Part shown: positions 56,842 through 64,000 of the stretch, piece by piece
Numbering within the stretch: position 1 is the first letter of the stretch
Layout: each line of letters starts with the position of its first letter
Assembly: GCA_015067705.1 (NCBI GenBank)
Contig: SVLW01000010.1
Location: 2,434-66,433 of the forward strand
Source of the DNA: Oscillospiraceae bacterium
Lineage (GTDB): Bacteria > Bacillota > Clostridia > Oscillospirales > QAMX01
Length of the DNA stretch: 64,000 bases
Reading direction: 5' to 3'
Position numbers and translations under genes: made by a program
The notes under the pieces: model-generated
Databases searched by the model: none
What the model saw: the letters and a program-made list of their open reading frames with translations, nothing else
What the model was told of the DNA's origin: nothing

Positions 56842-57777
56842 ATGTTTCAGTGTGCGTACAGAGACCCGTATCTGCTCTACACGGACAATCTCCTGGAAAC
56901 CCCGGATGACAGTTCTTCCCTGATCCACATCAACGAGGCCCACGAGATCATTTACTGTGTGTCCGGCTCTCTCACTGCCAATATAGAGGGCGTTCGCTAC
57001 ACAGTAATGCCCGGCGATCTCCTGCTGATCCGTGATGCGGAAATGCACATCACGGCGCCCGAGACCCTGCCCACGCAGTTCCACCACATTAAATTCAGTC
57101 CTTATTACTTCAATTTCTTCGACACGGAAAACCGGATCTGCCGCCCCTTCTCAGAGCATCCCTTCGGCATTGGCAATCTGGTGCCCGGCAGCCGCCTGAA
57201 CCGGCCGCTGATCGAAAACTGCTTTGCCAATATCCGGGGCACCCGGGACGCCTATATGCGCCGCGTGGCAGTGTTCGGCACGCTGATGATGATCTTAAGC
57301 GACGTAAACCAGTGCTATGACTACGACCGCAGCCATCATGTGGACACCCGCTCTGCCGTGCTGCAGGAGATCATCACCTATATCAACTCTCATCTGGACG
57401 AGGATCTGAACCCGGACAAGATCGCCTCCCGGCTTTATATCTCCCGGTCTCAGCTGGATCGTATTTTCAAGCAGAACATCGGCTTTACCCTGTGGAAGTA
57501 TATCACCTTCAAGCGTCTGATCCGCGCCCGCCACCTGCTGCACGCAGGCATCGCCAATAACGAGGTGGCCAGACTCTGCGGCTTTGGCGATTATTCCACC
57601 TTCTATAAGGTCTATACCAAGGTCTGGGGCAGACCGCCCCGCGCGGCCCAGCCCAACGAGACCACTGATCCGCTTCTCAAGCAGTTCTATAAGTTCGACG
57701 ACACTGCCAGCATCATTGACGCCACGGACGAGCTGGAGGGACTGTTCCAGCGGATGAAGCGTCTGCAGCTGGAGTAA
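56842..57777 (+). CDS. AraC family transcriptional regulator (cupin sensor plus 2x HTH)
   Basis: N-terminal cupin-like domain and a C-terminal 'ISRSQLDRIFKQNIGFTLWKYI...RLIRARHLL...VARLCGFGDYSTFYKVY'. Confidence 0.87.
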   Translation: MFQCAYRDPYLLYTDNLLETPDDSSSLIHINEAHEIIYCVSGSLTANIEGVRYTVMPGDLLLIRDAEMHITAPETLPTQFHHIKFSPYYFNFFDTENRICRPFSEHPFGIGNLVPGSRLNRPLIENCFANIRGTRDAYMRRVAVFGTLMMILSDVNQCYDYDRSHHVDTRSAVLQEIITYINSHLDEDLNPDKIASRLYISRSQLDRIFKQNIGFTLWKYITFKRLIRARHLLHAGIANNEVARLCGFGDYSTFYKVYTKVWGRPPRAAQPNETTDPLLKQFYKFDDTASIIDATDELEGLFQRMKRLQLE

Positions 57778-57793
57778 AAGAAAGAGAGCAATT

Positions 57794-58777
57794 ATGCATC
57801 ATCTGACACATGAGGCCGTGATCGCCGCCTGTGTCCCCCATCCGCTTCTGCGCCCGCCGGTTTCCGTATCCGGCGGGCTTTTGCATACCATGTACCGGGC
57901 GGACACGGCGGCAGGCAGCTATGCGGTGAAAGTATTAAATCCTATGATCATGGCGCGGCGGGAGGCCGCGGACAATATGCGCCGGGGCGAGGCCATTGCC
58001 CGGGCGCTCTCGGGCGTGGTGCCCGCCGTGTGCGCCATTCCGGCAGGCGGCGACGTGCTGCGGGAGGCCGGCGGGCAATATGCGCTGTGCTATCCCTGGG
58101 AGGCGGGGCGTTCGGTATTCTATCCGGAGATCACGCCCGCCCACTGCGCCGCCATGGGCGACCTTCTGGGGCGCATCCACGGGGCGGGACTGCGCCCCGA
58201 CACGGCGGAGGAAACGTCTGCGCCGGAGGACTGGGCGGCGCTGCTGCGCTGTTCCGCCGGGCAGGCATGGGAGGCAGCGCTTGCGGCGCTTTTACCGGAC
58301 TGTGTGCGCTGGGACGCGGCGGCGATCCGGGCGGCGGAATGCCCCTGTGCCGCGCCGGTGCTGAGCCACCGGGATCTGGACCCCAAGAACGTCCTCTGGC
58401 AGGAGGGGTGGCCGCTTGTCATCGACTGGGAGGCGGCGGGCGCCGTGGATCCCTGCCGGGAGCTTCTCACGGTGCTACGATACTGGGCCTGTACGCCGGA
58501 GGGCACACCCCTGACGGCCCACGCCGGGGCCTTTCTCACGGCCTACCGCGCCCAGAAATGCCTGGCCGGGATCCCCTGGCGGGAGGTGATAGCCGCGGGA
58601 TACAGCGATCTTTTGGGATGGCTGGCCTATAACATCCGGCGGGGCGTGGGCATGGAGGCCGCATCGGCGGAGGAAATGGCGCTGGGGCAAGCGCAGGTCA
58701 CGGCAACGCTCCGCACCCTCGCGGCGCAGAAGGAGACGGAGGACGCGATCCTGGCGCTGCTCAAAGACGCAGGATAA
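57794..58777 (+). CDS. Phosphotransferase (APH/choline-kinase-like) family protein
   Basis: Catalytic loop 'SHRDLDPKNVLW' and 'VIDWE' (Brenner and DxD-like motifs). Confidence 0.75.
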   Translation: MHHLTHEAVIAACVPHPLLRPPVSVSGGLLHTMYRADTAAGSYAVKVLNPMIMARREAADNMRRGEAIARALSGVVPAVCAIPAGGDVLREAGGQYALCYPWEAGRSVFYPEITPAHCAAMGDLLGRIHGAGLRPDTAEETSAPEDWAALLRCSAGQAWEAALAALLPDCVRWDAAAIRAAECPCAAPVLSHRDLDPKNVLWQEGWPLVIDWEAAGAVDPCRELLTVLRYWACTPEGTPLTAHAGAFLTAYRAQKCLAGIPWREVIAAGYSDLLGWLAYNIRRGVGMEAASAEEMALGQAQVTATLRTLAAQKETEDAILALLKDAG

Positions 58778-58836
58778 GCACGCGCCGCCGCGCGGCGGCA
58801 TAGGATGGGGCACCAAGAGAATGGAGGTGCGCCATC

Positions 58837-59355
58837 ATGAAGCTCATCACCTTTGATTACCGCCGGGATCTGGCGGTGGAATACGCCCATCGCTGGGCCT
58901 ACGGACGGAATCCGGAATATTTCAATTTTCAGGGTATCGGCGGCGACTGCACCAACTATGCCTCCCAATGCCTCTATGCCGGGGCAGGAGTCATGAACTA
59001 TACGCCGGTCTATGGATGGTATTACATCACGGCCAATGCCCGCACCGCCTCCTGGACGGGGGTGGGGTATTTCTATAACTTCCTGGTGAATAATCAGGAC
59101 GTGGGGCCCTATGCGCGGGAGACGGATCTCTCCGCCATGGAGCCGGGGGATTTCTGCCAGCTGGCGCTGGACCGGGATGAATTCCACCACACGCCGGTGA
59201 TCGTCTCCGTGGGCGAGACGCCCACTCTGGACAACATCCTCATCGCCGCCCATTCCCGGGACGCGGACTATCGCCCCTTGTCCACCTATCGTTTCCGGGC
59301 GGTGCGCTTTCTGCATATCGAGGGCGTACGTATCCGCGTGCCGGAGGAAGCATAA
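58837..59355 (+). CDS. Putative amidase-domain protein (papain-like Cys fold)
   Basis: 'GGDCTNYASQCLYAGAGVMN' Cys motif and a downstream 'HHT.VI' His. The family name is from memory. Confidence 0.65.
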   Translation: MKLITFDYRRDLAVEYAHRWAYGRNPEYFNFQGIGGDCTNYASQCLYAGAGVMNYTPVYGWYYITANARTASWTGVGYFYNFLVNNQDVGPYARETDLSAMEPGDFCQLALDRDEFHHTPVIVSVGETPTLDNILIAAHSRDADYRPLSTYRFRAVRFLHIEGVRIRVPEEA

Positions 59356-59406
59356 AAAAAGACCGACAGGAGAGCCATATCGGGCTCTTGCCTGTCGGTT
59401 TTTCAT

Positions 59407-60411
59407 TCAGATAAAACGGTCGCGGAGGCGGTTGGCCACGCGCTTGCCCCGGGTTTTCAGACTCCGCAGGACGACGACCACCAGGAAGACCAGCGCGCCC
59501 ACGGGCAGGAGCGCCGTAAGCATCGTCAGCACCAGGAAGAGGGCCATCATGTCCTCGGTATAGCGGGCGGCATTTTCCCAGGTGGGATAGAGCACGCCGG
59601 ACACGTTCATGGAGCGCTGTCCGTAGTCGGAGAGCAACGTCCAGATCTGTCCCAGTTCATAGCGGCGGCTGTTTTCCAGTACTTCTCCCAGCGCCGGGAA
59701 GCGGGTTTCCACCACGTTTTTGGCAAAGTCGCTGATGGGATCCGCCAGCACCAGCTCGTAACAGCTGATGGCACGATCGGTGTATGCATAGATCCTGTCA
59801 TAGGGCAGATAGAGGGCCAGGCCTCCGGCGCGGGCGGCGGTGCTTGCCGGGTCACTGTCCGGGTCCACCACGCCGGCCACCAGGTAAGGCGTGCTGTCAA
59901 TCACCACTTCCATGCCCGCCACATCCACGGCGCCGAAGAGCGCCCAGGCCAGTTCTCTTGTGAGCACCACCCGATCCCGGGCTAGGTCGGACTCGGCAAA
60001 ATAGCTGCCGGAGAGGAGCGTCATGGGATGGAAGAAGAAGAACTCCCCGCCCACGGCGTAGGCATCGGTTTCAATGGTGGTTTTAGTGCCCTGCACCCGC
60101 AGGGTGGTCAGTGTGCTGTAGGCATCCGTCCAGAGGCGCAGGTCTTCCGTAGTCTCAAGGGAGGCCTCGGACAAGGCCCCGTCCAGACCGGCGCGGAAGG
60201 CGTCCAGCTCCGTCAGGCCCACTTCCTGCCCCACGGGGCGGAAGCAGGAGATCTGCGCGAAGCGCATCTCGCTGTCGCCCTGCCAGCGCTCCGCCGCCTG
60301 TTGGGACAAGAGCATCCGGGCATAGCGGCGGCACTGAAGCCCCAGTATGATGCTCAAAACCGCGAACAGGAGCAGCACGCCCGCGGCGATCCATTTGCGA
60401 TACTCGCGCAT
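59407..60411 (-). CDS. Two-TM membrane protein with a MacB-like periplasmic core domain only (no FtsX bundle)
   Basis: An N-terminal TM segment, an extracytoplasmic domain of about 250 aa (LLSG.YF...D....VVL...LA..LFG) and a single C-terminal TM segment. Confidence 0.55.
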   Translation of the reverse strand: MREYRKWIAAGVLLLFAVLSIILGLQCRRYARMLLSQQAAERWQGDSEMRFAQISCFRPVGQEVGLTELDAFRAGLDGALSEASLETTEDLRLWTDAYSTLTTLRVQGTKTTIETDAYAVGGEFFFFHPMTLLSGSYFAESDLARDRVVLTRELAWALFGAVDVAGMEVVIDSTPYLVAGVVDPDSDPASTAARAGGLALYLPYDRIYAYTDRAISCYELVLADPISDFAKNVVETRFPALGEVLENSRRYELGQIWTLLSDYGQRSMNVSGVLYPTWENAARYTEDMMALFLVLTMLTALLPVGALVFLVVVVLRSLKTRGKRVANRLRDRFI

Positions 60412-60434
60412 AGCTTTGCCTTTCTAAAGAGATT

Positions 60435-62378
60435 TTATTCCGGCAGACGCACCAGGTCGCCGGATTCGACGGGTGCGGAGGCGGTGGTGATCACATAGTC
60501 ATAGCTCACCAGTCCGCCGGTGACGGCGGTGTTCTGGTCGTCCTCGGCCACCTTCTGGATATCCACGCGGTTGGCAACATAGCGGGTGCCAAGGGGGCTG
60601 GCCTTGGACTGCAGCACCAAGACGAAATAACCGTTGGCGTCGGAGCGGATGGCGCTGTTGGGGACGATGAGCTCATAGTTCCGGCTCTTCTCACCGATGG
60701 CAAGAGTCAACTGGTCACCGGCGGCCACGTCGCCCTCCACCACGAAGTTTAAGAGCTTGCCCCGGCCGGGATTGGCGGGATCATTGGTGATGGTGGCCAG
60801 AGTGGCGGAGATATCGACGCCCCAATAGGCGCCGCTGACTTCCGCCGGATCGCCCAGCTTCACCTTCTGGGCCTGTTCATTGGTGACGGACATACTGACG
60901 AGATAGCCGCGGTCCTTTTCCTCAATGGTCATGAGGGACACATCATACTCGGTGGTGGAGCCTGCAGAGATATTGATGGAGGTGACCACACCGGCCACGG
61001 GACTCGTAATGGAGCTCTCCGTCTCGCCGGACTCCATCTTCTCGATCTCGGCCTTCAGCTCATCGATCTCCCGCTTTGCCTTTTCCACGTCCATGTCGTA
61101 CTTGGTCTGCTCCACGGCGTCGCTCTGCTGATTCTCCCGGATCTGATCGTAAAGGTCCTCCAGGGCATCCTCTGCGGCGTCCACGGCGTCGTCAAGAGCG
61201 GGATAGCTGTCGCGGTAGCCCTCGAGAGTCGAGAGCACTTCCTTGGCGTCCGCAAGGGCCTTTTCCACTAACTTCTTTTCTTTTTCAAGGGATTTGATCT
61301 GGTCTTCCAGACGTTCGATCTCTGCCTTGGCGGCCGCGGCATTGGCGGCGTCCATGGCGGAACCCTGGGCATTCCAAATGTACTCATTATGTGCCGTCAC
61401 GGCATCCTGATAGGTCTTTTCAGCAGACTGAATTGCAGTTAATGCGGTCAAATAAGAATCATCGCTTATGTAATTTATAATTGGATCTCCATCTTTATCT
61501 ACCTCACCGGTATCTTCTTCAATTACATGACTAGCCAAAATCTGTGCCTTTGCCTGCATTTTGGCAATTTCATCCGTTTTAAGTTTCTGATAAAAATAAT
61601 AATCCGTACTCTCAGGGAATTTCTGTGCACCTGTTCCGGCAATCGCATCCATTGCTAAGTCGTAAAGAGTAAGCAATGTTGCACGATGAATAATGTACGC
61701 TGTTTGACGGTCAATTTCCGCCGTTCTCTTCGCATCATACAACTCCGCACCGTTTCCGCTGGCTCCACCCTCTCCCCCACCGGTGACGCCGCCCAGCTCT
61801 GCAATCTGCTCCTGCAATTCTTCGATATCGTCGTTCAGGCGCTCGAGAGCGAATTCCTGATCGATGACGGCGGTTTCGGCGGACTCGATCTGTTCATCGG
61901 TGACATAGGCCAGGTCGCGTTTTTCGATGGCTTCCTCGATATCTTCTTTCAGGCGCTCGATGTCGCGGCTGTAGGAGGAACTATTATAGGGAGAGGAGAG
62001 CAGCAGCAGACGATAGTCATACTGCGCCTGTTCCAGGGTGTCCTTTAATTCCTGCAGCTGGGTGCTGTCGCCCTCTTCCAGTAAGAACAGCACGTCGCCC
62101 ACGTTCACTTCGTCGCCGCGGCGGACGGCCACGGTCTTGATGACGCGGTTTTCCTTGAGCTTTACCTCATAGGCGGAGTTGGCGGTCACAGTGCCGGAGC
62201 CGCGGATCTTGGCGGAGATGGAGCCGGACTGGACATACTGGGTGGCCACCTCCGGCAGGGAACGGTTCATAATGGTATTGGAGAAAAAGGTCAGCACCAG
62301 CATGATCGCCAGAAACACGATCACCGCGTTTTTGATCCATCCCCTTCTCTTGCCGCGCTCGGCAGTCATCATTTCCAT
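60435..62378 (-). CDS. HlyD/membrane-fusion-protein-like periplasmic adaptor with a very long coiled coil
   Basis: N-terminal TM segment, lipoyl-like 'V.RGDEVNVGDVLF', long heptad-rich region, second lipoyl half 'SPVAGVVTSI', beta-barrel C-terminus. The start was set at the ATG at 62378. Confidence 0.75.
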   Translation of the reverse strand: MEMMTAERGKRRGWIKNAVIVFLAIMLVLTFFSNTIMNRSLPEVATQYVQSGSISAKIRGSGTVTANSAYEVKLKENRVIKTVAVRRGDEVNVGDVLFLLEEGDSTQLQELKDTLEQAQYDYRLLLLSSPYNSSSYSRDIERLKEDIEEAIEKRDLAYVTDEQIESAETAVIDQEFALERLNDDIEELQEQIAELGGVTGGGEGGASGNGAELYDAKRTAEIDRQTAYIIHRATLLTLYDLAMDAIAGTGAQKFPESTDYYFYQKLKTDEIAKMQAKAQILASHVIEEDTGEVDKDGDPIINYISDDSYLTALTAIQSAEKTYQDAVTAHNEYIWNAQGSAMDAANAAAAKAEIERLEDQIKSLEKEKKLVEKALADAKEVLSTLEGYRDSYPALDDAVDAAEDALEDLYDQIRENQQSDAVEQTKYDMDVEKAKREIDELKAEIEKMESGETESSITSPVAGVVTSINISAGSTTEYDVSLMTIEEKDRGYLVSMSVTNEQAQKVKLGDPAEVSGAYWGVDISATLATITNDPANPGRGKLLNFVVEGDVAAGDQLTLAIGEKSRNYELIVPNSAIRSDANGYFVLVLQSKASPLGTRYVANRVDIQKVAEDDQNTAVTGGLVSYDYVITTASAPVESGDLVRLPE

Positions 62379-62397
62379 AGAAGTACGTCCCCTTTCA

Positions 62398-63282
62398 TCA
62401 GCCCTTGACAGAGCCGGAATATGTGATGCCCTCCACCAGATAATCCTCGCCGTGGAGGAAGAGGAAGAGCGTGGGCACCATGTATACGGTTGCAACGGCA
62501 AAGGCCAGACCGACCTCGCCGGAATTGATCTGGGATAAGAATACGGACAAGGGATGCTTTGTGGCATCCGAGATCATCACAAGCGGCTGTTCCACCATGT
62601 TCCAGTAGTCGATGAACACCAGGATCACGATGGAATATAGCGCGCTGCGGCACATGGGCAGACAGGTCTTTGTAAAGACGTGCCACTCCCCCGCGCCGTC
62701 CAGTCTGGCCGCCTCGATAAGGGACACCGGGATGCGGCGCATGAACTTGGTTAAGAGGAACACGGAGAAGGGCGCGAAGATGCCGGGCAGGACGATGGAC
62801 CAACGGGTGTCTAAGACCCCCAGCCACTCGGACACCAGATAGTTCGGCACCAGCGTCACCTGATAGGGCATCAGCATGAGGATGATGTAGAAGAAAAAGA
62901 GCACTTCCTTAAACCGTCCCCGATAGACCGTAAAGCTGTAGGCGGCAAAGGCCGCGATCAGTACCTGGAACACCACAATGGGCACCACCAGGATCACGCT
63001 GTTCCAGAATTTCAGGAGATAGTCCGGGCTTTTTAAGAGCGCGGTGGCATACTGCTGAAAGCTCACCATATCCGGGATGAACTTGAGATTCACCTTGTCC
63101 GACACATAGGTGGCGGCGTTTGAGAGAGAGGTGAACACCACGCCGTAATTGGCGGCGATCTCCGTCTCTGCCATAAAGGAATTCGTAATGGTCAGAACCG
63201 TGGGCAGCAGAAACACCACGGCAAAGCCCGCGGCAATCAGGAAGAGCAGGCCGCGGCCCACCGCCAGCACCAGTTTTTTCAT
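62398..63282 (-). CDS. Carbohydrate ABC transporter permease (MalG-like)
   Basis: EAA loop 'IEAARLDGAGEWHVFTKTCLP', six TM segments. Confidence 0.9.
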   Translation of the reverse strand: MKKLVLAVGRGLLFLIAAGFAVVFLLPTVLTITNSFMAETEIAANYGVVFTSLSNAATYVSDKVNLKFIPDMVSFQQYATALLKSPDYLLKFWNSVILVVPIVVFQVLIAAFAAYSFTVYRGRFKEVLFFFYIILMLMPYQVTLVPNYLVSEWLGVLDTRWSIVLPGIFAPFSVFLLTKFMRRIPVSLIEAARLDGAGEWHVFTKTCLPMCRSALYSIVILVFIDYWNMVEQPLVMISDATKHPLSVFLSQINSGEVGLAFAVATVYMVPTLFLFLHGEDYLVEGITYSGSVKG

Positions 63283-64000
63283 CCTTCCACGTCCTTTCCA
63301 AAGACATTCTCCGCCGCGAAGAGCACGGCAATGATGACCACCATCACAATGGCCATCAGAACCGCCGCCGCAGAGAGCTTCGTGTAGTCCAGGGAAACGA
63401 AGGCGTTATTCATGAAATGCTGGAGCGTGTAGAGGGTCTCATAGGGATAGCTGCCGGTGAGTAAGTACACCTCCCGGAAGATCTTGAAGGAATTGATCAG
63501 GGAGAGGATGGTGACAAATAAGACCGTGGGGGAGAGATACCGGAGCTTGATGGCGAAGAAGCAATAGACCGGGCCCGCGCCTTCCACCTTGGCCACTTCC
63601 AGAAGGCCCTTCGGCATATTATTGAGGGCCGCCATGAAGAGGATCATATTATAGCCGAGATTCTTCCAGAGGAAGAGCGCCACAATGGGGATCTGGCCAT
63701 ATTCCGACTTGAACCAGTCGATCTTATCCTGGCCGAACACGGCGAGAAAATCGTTTAAGACGCCGTTATAGTGGAACACCACCTGCCAGATCAGCACGAT
63801 GGAGGCCACCGGCACCATCATGGGACTGAGGAAAAAGGTGCGGAGATAGCTCTTGCCGGGGATTTTGCATTCCAGAATCAGGGCCAGCAGGATCGCCAGG
63901 ATCACCGCCAGCGGCACGGCCACCGCGGAGAACTGCAGCGTATTGGACGCCGCCTGGCGGAAGGCGGAGTTTGCGAGAATGTTTTTGAAATTCTCGATCC
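63279..64000 (-). CDS. Sugar ABC transporter permease (MalF-like), 5'-partial at window edge
   Basis: EAA loop 'LEVAKVEGAGPVYCFFAIKL'. The frame stays open to base 64000 (upstream residues IENFKNILANSAFRQAASNTLQFSAV). Confidence 0.85.
   Translation of the reverse strand, partial: IENFKNILANSAFRQAASNTLQFSAVAVPLAVILAILLALILECKIPGKSYLRTFFLSPMMVPVASIVLIWQVVFHYNGVLNDFLAVFGQDKIDWFKSEYGQIPIVALFLWKNLGYNMILFMAALNNMPKGLLEVAKVEGAGPVYCFFAIKLRYLSPTVLFVTILSLINSFKIFREVYLLTGSYPYETLYTLQHFMNNAFVSLDYTKLSAAAVLMAIVMVVIIAVLFAAENVFGKDVEG

Noticed and set aside
60435-62567. Long N-terminal extensions in the ORF track (for example HlyD-like 710 aa, SBP2 687 aa, DAHP synthase 402 aa, CoADR 603 aa, PstC 331 aa)
   Set aside because: The extensions overlap upstream genes or terminators and lack SDs. 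Internal ATGs with good SDs give canonical N-termini, so the starts were moved.

Overview
This is a chromosomal segment from a high-GC, spore-forming Firmicute. It looks like Clostridia, possibly Oscillospiraceae, but that taxonomic guess rests only on composition and gene content. All calls come from reading the ORF translations and the DNA by eye; no database or covariance-model search was run. Gene order: a 5'-truncated hsdR plus a class-III Fic gene and a frameshifted small gene, forming a lower-GC accessory edge; a complete pstSCAB-phoU-phoPR operon; a DUF134 gene and a Crp/Fnr gene diverging from a perfect palindrome that holds two consensus promoters; a thioredoxin/rhodanese/CoA-disulfide-reductase-rhodanese sulfur module; a MATE pump; DAHP synthase-tyrA behind a Tyr/Phe-rich leader peptide and terminator; a URO-D-like gene; a Phe(UUC) T-box controlling paaK plus an ACT-domain gene; housekeeping genes (esterase, DegV/MarR, alanine symporter, TetR/ABC-2, GNATs, phosphoglucomutase, eda-kdgK, copA, spoIIP-gpr, a radical-SAM pair, M50 protease, rsmF); nfeD-floA followed by three tandem small paralogs; four tandem, individually promoted and terminated large solute-binding lipoprotein paralogs; SDR, AraC, a kinase-like gene and an amidase-domain gene; and a sugar-ABC permease pair fused in an operon to an HlyD-like adaptor and a protein with only the MacB periplasmic domain. 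No rRNA, tRNA, CRISPR array or intact transposase was seen. The most interesting items are the leader-peptide attenuator, the Phe T-box on paaK, the small floA-linked paralog family, the solute-binding-protein array, the palindromic divergent promoter and the hybrid permease/adaptor operon.
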